A DNA stretch of 64,000 nt from Lentimicrobiaceae bacterium (GTDB lineage Bacteria; Bacteroidota; Bacteroidia; Bacteroidales; P3), in assembly GCA_022510485.1 (NCBI GenBank), contig JAFLTI010000004.1, positions 23,011 to 87,010 of the forward strand, written 5' to 3'. The translations under genes and the position numbers were made by a program. Shown here piece by piece: positions 19,246 through 28,500 of this stretch; position 1 is the first letter of the stretch; each line of letters begins with the position of its first letter. The notes under the pieces are model-generated. The model was not told the origin of the DNA and made no database searches. It worked only from the letters and a program-made list of their open reading frames with translations.

Positions 19246-20064
19246 TTATTTAATGTGATAATCTTTTTTTACCTTGTTTATAAGCTTGGCAAAGTAACTA
19301 CTTTTTTCGGGAAATTTCAAGCGCAAATTTTCATAAACGGCAATTGCCTTTTTCGGTGCGTTGTTGGAAAGGTACATCTGAGCCAAGGTTTCGCTGCCGA
19401 AACTGAAGTCTTCGCGGTTGCTGTTTCCCGTGTCGGGATCAAAGGAATTGTAGTCGAAACTTTCGTCTATGGTAATGGAATGTTCTGAATTTCCGCTCAA
19501 AAAGTTGTCGATAATCGCATTTGCGTTGACACGGGGGCGCGTTTGTGTCTCTTTGTTCTGCCGGTTGAGCAGGGTGCGTACCTCTTCTATATGAATCGGG
19601 CGGTTTGTATTCTCGGCAGGGGGTTCCACTATGGGAGTAAAGCCGGAATTTTCCTCCATAGGTTGCGCCTGTGGCTTTGCCGGGTGGGTCAAGGCGTTTA
19701 CCGAACGCGGCAGTGCCTGACTCCAAGGCGAAAAACTTTCTACATGGCGGCGCGGCAGGGTTTCCTGTTGTCTTGGGAACTCCCCGCGTGTTTTTGGGGC
19801 AGCTTCCGGAGCGGGTTGCAGCCTGTCTACCTGTTCTTTAAGCCTTACGCGGTCGGGCAGGTTGATGGCAGTAAGGGGCAGTGCGGTCTTATAGGCGGCT
19901 TGGTCGTCTATCTGCCTTAGATTGAGCAGGAACATAAGCCGCGCACACTGACAATAGGGATAACGTATTGTCAATTCCTTGTATTCCAGCAAACTGTCGT
20001 GGTTCATCGCCGCCGGATTCCCATTTGCCAAAAGCGAAATTTTTTTAGCCATAGATGTCGCCAT
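19246..20064 (-). CDS. Hypothetical protein with a Pro/Gln-rich centre and a TPR-like C-terminus
   Basis: ORF 19246..20154. ATG 20064 or 20052 is preferred because a TATCTTTG promoter motif lies at 20070-20077. The C-terminus AIAVYENLRLKFPEKSSYFAKLI looks like a single TPR. Confidence 0.55.
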   Translation of the reverse strand: MATSMAKKISLLANGNPAAMNHDSLLEYKELTIRYPYCQCARLMFLLNLRQIDDQAAYKTALPLTAINLPDRVRLKEQVDRLQPAPEAAPKTRGEFPRQQETLPRRHVESFSPWSQALPRSVNALTHPAKPQAQPMEENSGFTPIVEPPAENTNRPIHIEEVRTLLNRQNKETQTRPRVNANAIIDNFLSGNSEHSITIDESFDYNSFDPDTGNSNREDFSFGSETLAQMYLSNNAPKKAIAVYENLRLKFPEKSSYFAKLINKVKKDYHIK

Positions 20065-20069
20065 AGGTA

Positions 20070-20077
20070 CAAAGATA
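20070..20077 (-). promoter_or_regulatory. -7 promoter motif TATCTTTG (minus strand)
   Basis: The plus strand reads CAAAGATA, an exact TAnnTTTG on the minus strand just upstream of ATG 20064/20052. Confidence 0.4.
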
Positions 20078-20221
20078 CAAAAGTTGAGAGCAGCAGCCAA
20101 ATTCTTATCCGTTTCTTGTATTTCTGATCTAAAATGCTTATTATTGCAGTACAATGAAATTTTGGAGACAGGAAGAGGGTTTATAGACAGAAATTTAACT
20201 TATCGAAAAAAAGAAAAAGCT

Positions 20222-22000
20222 ATGCGTGGTAATCTAAGAAATTGGGGCATAGGCTTTGCTTTTATGCTCGCGATGTTGTCCTCTTGCCGAACCCCGGTTC
20301 AGGCTTCAGTTGCCGAAAAACAGGCAGGTGTTGAACAGCGTGCCGTACTGCGAAATCTGTTGTTAGAAGAATTTACTGCCATTCATTGCAGTTATTGTCC
20401 TTCGGGGCATGCTATCGCCCAAAATATGCATCGGGTGTTAGGGGAGCGTTTTCAGGTTATAGGCGTGCATACTGGCTCTTTGGCGGTTCCGGGAGGAAAT
20501 GAGCCGGATTTCCGTACCGAGGCAGGAGCGGCATGGTATGAACGGCAGGGTAGTACGGGAATGCCTTCGGGAGCGTTGAACCGTCATGTATTTGAGGGGC
20601 TTAGCTATAATGGATATGCCTTGGGACGTGGAGATTGGCAGGAAGCCGCACGCCGGAGCATGAACGATACCGCAGTGGTGAACCTTTATATGGAAGCCAC
20701 GCTTGACACACAGACCCGTTTATTAAGCGTGTATGTGGAATATTTTTATCCGAAGCAGCCCGATATGGAGTTTAATACACTTACTCTTGCCCTTACGGAG
20801 AGCTATATACCGGGAACCCAAAGTGGTTCGGAGGGAGGGGCGCAGTATTTGCACCGTCATGTATTGCGCGACGTTCTTACCCCTGTTTTCGGCGATACAT
20901 TATATAACATCGCTTCGGGACAAGTGCTGTCTAAGACCTATCAATATCAGATTCCCGAACAGTATGTAAACCGTGCTCCTGTCTTTGCCAATTTAGAAGT
21001 GATCGCCTTTATGAGCGATATGGAAGGAGATATACTCAACAGCACCGCTTGCAGGGTAGAGTATGAAGGGCGTTATGCTGCGCCGCATATCTATTTGAGC
21101 GCACCCGCTTTGGCTCGCCGCTATTCGCGTACGACTATTCCCGTATATGTGGAAAACTTAGGCACGGATACGCTCCGCTCGCTTTCGTTTTCTGTTGAAT
21201 GGGGCAAGCAGACTTATACGCCCGCTATCGAAGGGCTTGCAATTCCTTATGCCGGAGAAGCCCAGATAGAAATGCCCTTGGGTGAGTACGAATTTGCTAA
21301 GGTTACCACCTATCGCATTACGGTTAAGGAAGCCAACGGCAAGAGCGTGGATTGCAACGTGGTTTCCGGTTACATATCTGAACCCTATACCGTTCAGACC
21401 GACAAAGTGAAATTTGAGCTTACAACGGATGAATACGGACAGGATATTACCTACGCCTTATACAATCGGCACGGAAAAGTGATAGAGCAGGGAGGTCCTT
21501 TTGAAAACGGAGAGGAACAGACCTATTCCTTTGAATGGGAGTTGCAGAAAGACAACGTGTATTCCTTAGAGATAAAAGATGCCTTTATGGATGGTTTTAT
21601 CGGGGGTTACAAGTTGCTGGATGCCCAAGGGGAGACGGTAGTTTGGGAACGGTCTGTAGGTATGTATGGAGATGCTGTTTCGTTTGTTTATAGAGAAAAT
21701 GTGGCGAATGAACCTCTTGCCGTGAGCGGAGGCAAGCCGCAAATGATATTGTCTTACAATCCGGTTCCCGATTCCCGTCCCGACAATGAGATAAGGTTTG
21801 ACGGATTTTGTTCGGGAGCGTTACAGTTGTCGGTATTCGATGTTCAGGGCAGGGAGGTGTTTGCTGCCGGAATAAGGACAAATACTTGCGGTAAGGGCGG
21901 AAAGTATGTAATGGATACCAAACGGTTTGTTGCCGGATTCTACTTTGTAAGACTTACGGACGGTGAACGGATGGTTGTACAAAAGATGTTGATTTTATAA
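20222..22000 (+). CDS. Omp28-related thioredoxin-fold-like protein with a CxxC motif and a T9SS C-terminal sorting domain
   Basis: Start at ATG 20222 (MRGNLRNWGIGFAFMLAMLSSC). EEFTAIHCSYCPSGH and GALNRH blocks as in the Porphyromonas Omp28 family (from memory). The C-terminal ~75 aa (YNPVPDS...LSVFDVQGREV...GFYFVRL...QKMLIL) fit the Por_Secre_tail pattern. Confidence 0.7.
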   Translation: MRGNLRNWGIGFAFMLAMLSSCRTPVQASVAEKQAGVEQRAVLRNLLLEEFTAIHCSYCPSGHAIAQNMHRVLGERFQVIGVHTGSLAVPGGNEPDFRTEAGAAWYERQGSTGMPSGALNRHVFEGLSYNGYALGRGDWQEAARRSMNDTAVVNLYMEATLDTQTRLLSVYVEYFYPKQPDMEFNTLTLALTESYIPGTQSGSEGGAQYLHRHVLRDVLTPVFGDTLYNIASGQVLSKTYQYQIPEQYVNRAPVFANLEVIAFMSDMEGDILNSTACRVEYEGRYAAPHIYLSAPALARRYSRTTIPVYVENLGTDTLRSLSFSVEWGKQTYTPAIEGLAIPYAGEAQIEMPLGEYEFAKVTTYRITVKEANGKSVDCNVVSGYISEPYTVQTDKVKFELTTDEYGQDITYALYNRHGKVIEQGGPFENGEEQTYSFEWELQKDNVYSLEIKDAFMDGFIGGYKLLDAQGETVVWERSVGMYGDAVSFVYRENVANEPLAVSGGKPQMILSYNPVPDSRPDNEIRFDGFCSGALQLSVFDVQGREVFAAGIRTNTCGKGGKYVMDTKRFVAGFYFVRLTDGERMVVQKMLIL

Positions 22001-22031
22001 CCGAAATACACATAACTAAAAAGAAAAGGAA

Positions 22032-23774
22032 ATGAAAAAGATTCTTTTTTTACTGTCTCTTGCCCCGATAGTGACGGGCGTGCAGGCGCAATGGAAAAGT
22101 TCTCCGGACACAAACACTTGTTTTGCCGCAGAAGAGAATTATACCATAGAAATGCAGGTGCTCTCTGACGGCAGCTGGTTTTTGTACACCGATGGTCCGA
22201 AAGGGGGAGCGATTACTCCCTATCTCCGTTACTTTGATAAAGACGGAGTGAGCATTTGGGAAGAGCCGCTGCAGATTGCCAATGAAAAGACGGAAACCTA
22301 TACGGTGGTAAACGACCTTACGTTTTTAGACAGGGATGAAAATATTGTGGTAATAGCCCGCGATTTGCGTAAGGATGGTGTAAACAGCGCGTTTACGGCA
22401 TATAGATTCGACAGAACCGGAAAGAACCATTGGGGAGAAAACGGTGTGTTCCTGCATGGTGATGATTCTCCTGATTTCTGTGCTGCGATTAAGATAGCGC
22501 AGTTGACCGACGGCAGTTATGTTTTTGTATGGCAGGAAGTAGATTACGAAAGCGATAATTCGAGGAGCATACTGAAGATGCAGAGGCTTTCTGCTGACGG
22601 TGAACGCTTGTGGGGTAACGGAAAAACCATTGAGGGAAAAAATACTTCGATTACTTATCCCTATGTGGCGGAAGCTGGAAACAACGAATTTATCCTGATG
22701 TATGCCAGTGGAATAACCGAAGAACTTTATGCCCGCAAATTGGATTTTGACGGTAACGATGTATGGGCGCAGCCCACTTTGATGTTTAACGGAAGTATGG
22801 GTAGCGTTCCTCTTTGGACCCGTATGAACGTGATAGCCCTCGACGGCGGATTGTTGGCGGCATTCCCCGCTTTTATCGGAGATCTCGAAGTGCCTTATCT
22901 GTCGTGGGTCAAAGGCGATGGTTCGCATGCTTTTGCGGATGCCGAAAAAGGCTTTAGAATCGGTTACAGCGATGATTTCCGCACCGGATATGTGGATGTG
23001 GTAGGCAATGTGGAAACCAAAACAATCTATGCCCTCTGGCGTGAATTTGATCCCAATACGCAATCGTGGCAACGTATGGCTATGCAGAAAGTGGGTTTTG
23101 ACGGAGAATTGCAGTGGGAACCTACCGGCTTGACCATAGCTCCGTTAAAAGACCGTTCCGTGGCTTATTACAGTGTGCGTTTGGGCAAGGACAATTCGGT
23201 ATTGGCGGCATATATGGAAAATACGGCGGAGCCGGGCTACGAACGTATCCAAGCAAACGCCGTTTATGTGAATGAAGATGGACAATATATCTGGAAAGAC
23301 ACCACAGTTACTTTTGCCAATTACCCTGACAGCAAAAGCAGGATGATTTCATCGCCTTTGGTGCAGGATCAATGGATTTTCCTCTGGGATGATTTCCGCG
23401 ATTTTGACGGTTCGATTTATCATAACGTTTACGGTCAGAACCTGCATTTGGATGGCTCTTTGGGTGTTCAAAGCGGAGGTGGAGATGTGGCTAACGAAAA
23501 AGTAATCACTTTGGGCAATCAGGTAAGGCTGTATCCCAATCCTGCCGACCAAACGGTATGTGTAGAACTGAACCGCCTTTCGGAAAAGACTGCCAAAGTG
23601 CGTGTGGATTTGTTGAATATAAATGGTTCTTTGGCGTGTACGATGTACGAGGGGTATGTGGCAGGCGATATGAATGTAAGGTGGAACCGCTCTGCGGGAA
23701 TTACTCCGGGTCTGTATATCGTTAGGGTGACAGAAGGGGATAGGACCTTTTACGGTAAAATCATCTTGAAATAA
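22032..23774 (+). CDS. Secreted repeat (beta-propeller-like) protein with a T9SS C-terminal sorting domain
   Basis: Signal peptide MKKILFLLSLAPIVTGVQAQ. A D-x-[DT]-G-x3-W motif recurs about every 55-60 aa (DKDGVSIW, DRTGKNHW, SADGERLW, DFDGNDVW, GFDGELQW, NEDGQYIW). The CTD is RLYPNPADQTVCVEL...GLYIVRV...GKIILK. Confidence 0.7.
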   Translation: MKKILFLLSLAPIVTGVQAQWKSSPDTNTCFAAEENYTIEMQVLSDGSWFLYTDGPKGGAITPYLRYFDKDGVSIWEEPLQIANEKTETYTVVNDLTFLDRDENIVVIARDLRKDGVNSAFTAYRFDRTGKNHWGENGVFLHGDDSPDFCAAIKIAQLTDGSYVFVWQEVDYESDNSRSILKMQRLSADGERLWGNGKTIEGKNTSITYPYVAEAGNNEFILMYASGITEELYARKLDFDGNDVWAQPTLMFNGSMGSVPLWTRMNVIALDGGLLAAFPAFIGDLEVPYLSWVKGDGSHAFADAEKGFRIGYSDDFRTGYVDVVGNVETKTIYALWREFDPNTQSWQRMAMQKVGFDGELQWEPTGLTIAPLKDRSVAYYSVRLGKDNSVLAAYMENTAEPGYERIQANAVYVNEDGQYIWKDTTVTFANYPDSKSRMISSPLVQDQWIFLWDDFRDFDGSIYHNVYGQNLHLDGSLGVQSGGGDVANEKVITLGNQVRLYPNPADQTVCVELNRLSEKTAKVRVDLLNINGSLACTMYEGYVAGDMNVRWNRSAGITPGLYIVRVTEGDRTFYGKIILK

Positions 23775-25496
23775 ATGAATATGCGTACAATAATTCCAAG
23801 AGTTTGTGTTTTGACTTGGTTTTTGGCTGTTGGCTGTTCTTGTGCCTTTGGGGCACAAGACAGCCTCGGCTTTCCTCAAAAAAAGTCGATACTGCTTGAA
23901 GAATATACCGGCTTTGGCTGCGGAAATTGCCCCGACGGTGCCAGAATGGCATCGGTGCTGAAAGATATAGCGGTGGGGCGCTTTCATATCATATCCATTC
24001 ACGAAGGACATTATGCCGAACCGATAGCTGGCTCTCCGGATTACCGTACCGATTTTGGGCAGGCATTGTTGGATGCCGCCGGAGACATCGGTTATCCTTG
24101 CGGTTCCATTAACCGTTATCCATACGTGGGTAATACCCTCAATATGTTCCGGAATGAATGGACCAAGGTAAGCAAGCAGGTTCTTACGGAAGATGCTGCG
24201 GTAAACCTTTCGTTGCAGGCTCAGGTAGATGCCCAAAGCAGGCGTTTGCAGGTAGAGGTGCAGTATTGTTTTACGCAGGAGCAGACCGATGAATTTGTTT
24301 TGCTCAATGTGGCGCTTCTGCAAAATCATATTGTAGGCTATCAAAACGGAGGCGGCTCGCAATACGACCACAACCATATGCTACGCCATTTGCTTACAGG
24401 GCAATGGGGCGATACCTTGCGGCAGTTTACCAAAGGGGACATATTTACCAAGCAATACAGCTACGATTTGCCGGATTCTATACGGTCTGTATTTGTGGAT
24501 ATACGCAATCTGGAATTAGTTGCCTTTATTACCCGTAAAGGCGGTGCGGACGTAATGAATGTTACCGCCGCCAATCCCCGTATCGACAATCTGCAAGAAG
24601 AACCCCAAGTTTCCATAAAGGCAGTGGATTTGCCTTCGTCTCGCTATGCTTATGATTTTGTGGATGTGCAAGTGCGTAACCTATACAGCGATACGCTTAA
24701 AACACTCTTGTTTTCAGCCAATTTGAACGGAAAAGAGCAGCGTGTGAATGTTGCCGCGCAGATTCCCCCGTATCAGACCCAAACGATACGTGTTCGCTTA
24801 AACGATTTTCTGCTTGAGAACAACAACACGCTTTTGCTCCGCTTGACGTCGGTTAACGAAAAAGAGATTGAAACCGAGGAGGTGAAATATTCGTTTTTGG
24901 CTCCGATAACCATTACAGGGGCTGCGTTGTATATAGAACTGAGCACCGATTTGTGGGGAGATGAAGTAAGTTGTTCTGTTAAGAATCTTCATGGAGAAAC
25001 GGTGTGGAGCATGGGTCCTTTTAAGGCGGGTGAGCAAACGGTGCTTTACGATACCGTGGTTTTGGAACAAGACGGTCTTTATGCTATTGAGTTTAACGAC
25101 TATTGGCATGACGGCTGGTTGGTAAGTCCCAAAGGTTCGTTCAAGGTACGGGCTAGTGACGGTACGATGTTAGGGCAAAACTATTCGGTACTGGATGCCG
25201 GTGACATCATCTTTTTTGAGTTGAAAGAGGGTGAACCGCCTGCGGCAAACCAAAAATTCGGTACCGATAGGGATTTGGAAGTCCGGGTCGTTGCCAATGG
25301 CTTTGAGATTCTGAATCCGAATGCCATAGACATTACGGGCGTTGAGGTTTTTTCTACCAACGGGGCTTGCGTTTACAGGCAATCCCTACATACAAACACA
25401 AACGCGACAGTAGGCTTTAATCCTGCCGCCACCCAAATGTGGATAGTGGGCATTAAGACTGCTGCCGGAGTAAAATATAAAAAACTAATTAAATAA
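23775..25496 (+). CDS. Omp28-related CxxC protein, paralog of 20222-22000, with a T9SS C-terminal sorting domain
   Basis: EEYTGFGCGNCPDGA and GSINRY blocks are collinear with the first paralog. A shared mid-domain is also present (ELSTDLWGDEVS.. against ELTTDEYGQDIT..). CTD-like end ...VEVFSTNGACVY...KKLIK. Confidence 0.7.
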   Translation: MNMRTIIPRVCVLTWFLAVGCSCAFGAQDSLGFPQKKSILLEEYTGFGCGNCPDGARMASVLKDIAVGRFHIISIHEGHYAEPIAGSPDYRTDFGQALLDAAGDIGYPCGSINRYPYVGNTLNMFRNEWTKVSKQVLTEDAAVNLSLQAQVDAQSRRLQVEVQYCFTQEQTDEFVLLNVALLQNHIVGYQNGGGSQYDHNHMLRHLLTGQWGDTLRQFTKGDIFTKQYSYDLPDSIRSVFVDIRNLELVAFITRKGGADVMNVTAANPRIDNLQEEPQVSIKAVDLPSSRYAYDFVDVQVRNLYSDTLKTLLFSANLNGKEQRVNVAAQIPPYQTQTIRVRLNDFLLENNNTLLLRLTSVNEKEIETEEVKYSFLAPITITGAALYIELSTDLWGDEVSCSVKNLHGETVWSMGPFKAGEQTVLYDTVVLEQDGLYAIEFNDYWHDGWLVSPKGSFKVRASDGTMLGQNYSVLDAGDIIFFELKEGEPPAANQKFGTDRDLEVRVVANGFEILNPNAIDITGVEVFSTNGACVYRQSLHTNTNATVGFNPAATQMWIVGIKTAAGVKYKKLIK

Positions 25497-25514
25497 CCCC
25501 AAAAATTAAAAGTT

Positions 25515-28500
25515 ATGAAAAAGATTTGTTGTGTACTGCTTTTGGGTCTGCTTGCTTTAACTGGCTTGCGTGCTCAAAGTATTGTGCCTTATTATGGTTT
25601 TGAGGTGGAAAAAGGCGATTCTTACACCTCGCTTACCGATGATGCTACCTCATTGACACAGATGACGGAGGCAGCGGCGGACGACTTTCCGTTCTGCCTG
25701 TTTAACGGAACGGAAACTAAGAATCTTAAGGATGACAGTCCGATGACTATGGATGGAATTTCCTTAGGCTTCGACTTTACTTTCGATGGTCAGGTCTTCG
25801 ATAAATTTGTAGTATCGGGGATGGGCTACATCTGTTTGGGTTTGAAATCAGAAACTCAAGTAACGGTAGATGGAGGCTTTTTCCCGTCTTTGTCGGGTTT
25901 GTATAGGTTAATAGACTATACAATAGGGGCAAGTACGCCTGCGCAGGCTATCTGCGCTGCACCCGCAAAATATAAATTGGAGGGAGAATCAGGTTCTCAA
26001 ACCATGACGATTGAATTTGCCACTAAATATGAAATAAGTGAGGATGCCGTTTTTCACTATCAGATAAAACTGTATGAAGCGGATAGTAAGATTGAAATGC
26101 TGTTCGATGAATTTAAGACAGAGTGGGATTGGGATCCATTTGCGGTTGGAATCTGCGGTAAGGGCGAGACCTATTATATGCAGACCAGTGGCGGTAATTT
26201 CAATGAAGATCTCAGCCGTTCCACTTCAAACGCAGGAGGTATGCTTATGAGTCTGAATTTTGAAAAAGGCTTGAAATATACCTTTACTCTTCCTGCGGCT
26301 TGTGAAGTTCCTGATGCAGCCGGTGAAATTACTTTTACTCCGGCTTCCGCCAGTGTTGCTTTAGAACTGAAAAAAACAACAGGTAAAGGCGATGCCTTTA
26401 TTGTTGTGGCATCTGAAAATCCGATTACGGAAAATCCTGTAGACGGAACCGTGTATGGGGTAGGTGATGAATTGGCAGGAGGAATCGTGATTGGTGTAGA
26501 GGAAGACTTGAGATGGGACAGTTACACCGTTGAACATAGCGACCGCTATGAAAACGAGTTGAAAAGCAATACCAAATACTATTATGCGGTTTGGTTCTAC
26601 AACTACCAATGTGCAGGAGACAACAAATACGGAGCAGCGATAACAGCTGAAACCACAACCCTTACTTCGGCTCCGGAATCTTTGGAATTTACCGCCGTAA
26701 GCCTGTCGGAAATCAAGCTGAAAGCAACTGCCAATAGTTTTGGGCAAGATATATTGATTGCTGTAACCAACGAACATACTACAGATGGAACCGGCGTGAA
26801 TATTGTAATGAAGGGTGAATTCGGTATTCCTGCCGCAGATGCCCGGGTTGGAGATGATCTTTTATCGGAATACGATGAGCCTGCAGGAAAAGTTATCTAT
26901 GTAGGACCTGCCGGTACTGAAATTACTTTTAGCGATGTAACTGATAACAAAATCTATCACTTCGGAGCGTTCTCCAAAGGAACTGACGGAAAGTATTCTA
27001 CCGTATTTGCACAAGCGGATACCATCAGCCCTGCCAAGATGCCGTTCTTTGAAGATTTTTCCAATATGATACCTTTCTCAATGCCGGTAGGCTGGGTGGG
27101 TACAGATCCGGATTTTACGGTAAATCGTAATCCGAGGAATCTGCAATATACATTCCCTGAGAATACGGGTACGGTACAAGAAGTCAATCTGGTATTGCCC
27201 CCTATGGATTATCCGGACAAGCCGCTTCGCCTCATTATGGATTACAATATGAGGATATTTGTGAACCGTATGTGGGCTGGCTATGATTCCGGTATGTGGG
27301 AAGAAACGGATTCTATCGTTTTTGAAGTAAGCAAAGATGGAGGGGAAACATATACGCCTTCGTATGCCATTACTCAAGCTAATGCGGATCAGTTCGCTTC
27401 ACAAAATGACTACAAGATACGTACGGTTACGATAAGAGGACTGGAAGGAGCTACGCAAGGTAAAGTACGTATACGTTGGCATATTAACAAAAACAGTCCC
27501 GCGATGACAATCCAGTCAATAGAGCTTATGGCGGTGCCCGATTGCGATTATCCGTCGATGGTAACGGTAGATCCCGGGTCTATTGTTGGCGACAAGGCTT
27601 CGGTTGAGTGGGTTGCCGGCGAAAGCGGCGAAAGTGCATGGAATATCAGTTATGCCCTTAAAACGGGAACTGGCTTTGGAAACTGGAGCGAGCCTCTCTT
27701 GATAGATCAGAAGCCTTATCAGTTAGAAAATTTGGCAGTAAATCAAACTTACAAGGTTCGTGTTCAGGCAGTTTGCGGTGTGGGACAAATTAGCGAATGG
27801 GTGGAATCCGCAGAATTTACCAGCGGTTGGACTACTCCCTTTATTGAAGATTTTGACAATGTTCCGATGGAACAGGTTGGTTGGAGAATATCGATGAAAT
27901 TCCCTAATCAATGGTTCGCATTTATAGGAGATGAAAAAGAGGGAATCTTTACTCCGGCTGATATGTACTCTACGGAACTGACCGAGTACGTTAGTTATCT
28001 TGAGTGGAAAACCGACGAACAAGCTATGCCGGGATATGGTTACAATGGGTCTTTGGCATATCCGATGAATCAATTGGACGGTACGGTATTATTGCAGCTA
28101 CCTGTTGTTCATTTGGATGAAACCGATGATGCCAAATTTGTATTCGATGCTGCTTTTGGAGCCATAGAAAACGATGAATTTGCAGTAGCCACCGAAACGG
28201 ATTCCGAGTTTGGCATGATGGTTTTGGTATCTCAAGACAAAGGAAAGACTTTTGTTGTTGCCGATGCCTTGCAGACTTGGGATAACGAAGATTTGGTCGC
28301 TTTGGGCGGTTTAACGGAAGTTGAAGTTGATTTGAGCGACTACCAAGGAGAGGATATAGTTCTTGCATTGGCTGTAACCGGTCGTTATGACTATGCTTTA
28401 GACAGACAATATCTCTGGATAGACAATATGGGTGTTCTTCTTGATTGCGCTGAGGCAAAGGGGCTGAAAGTTGAAAATATTACCGAAACAACGGCTCAAA

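Noticed and set aside
19979-20221. N-terminal 81-aa extension of the first Omp28-like ORF, overlapping the divergent gene 19246-20064.
   Set aside because: The extension has no signal-peptide character and overlaps the neighbouring gene and its promoter. The internal ATG 20222 gives a proper signal or lipobox N-terminus.
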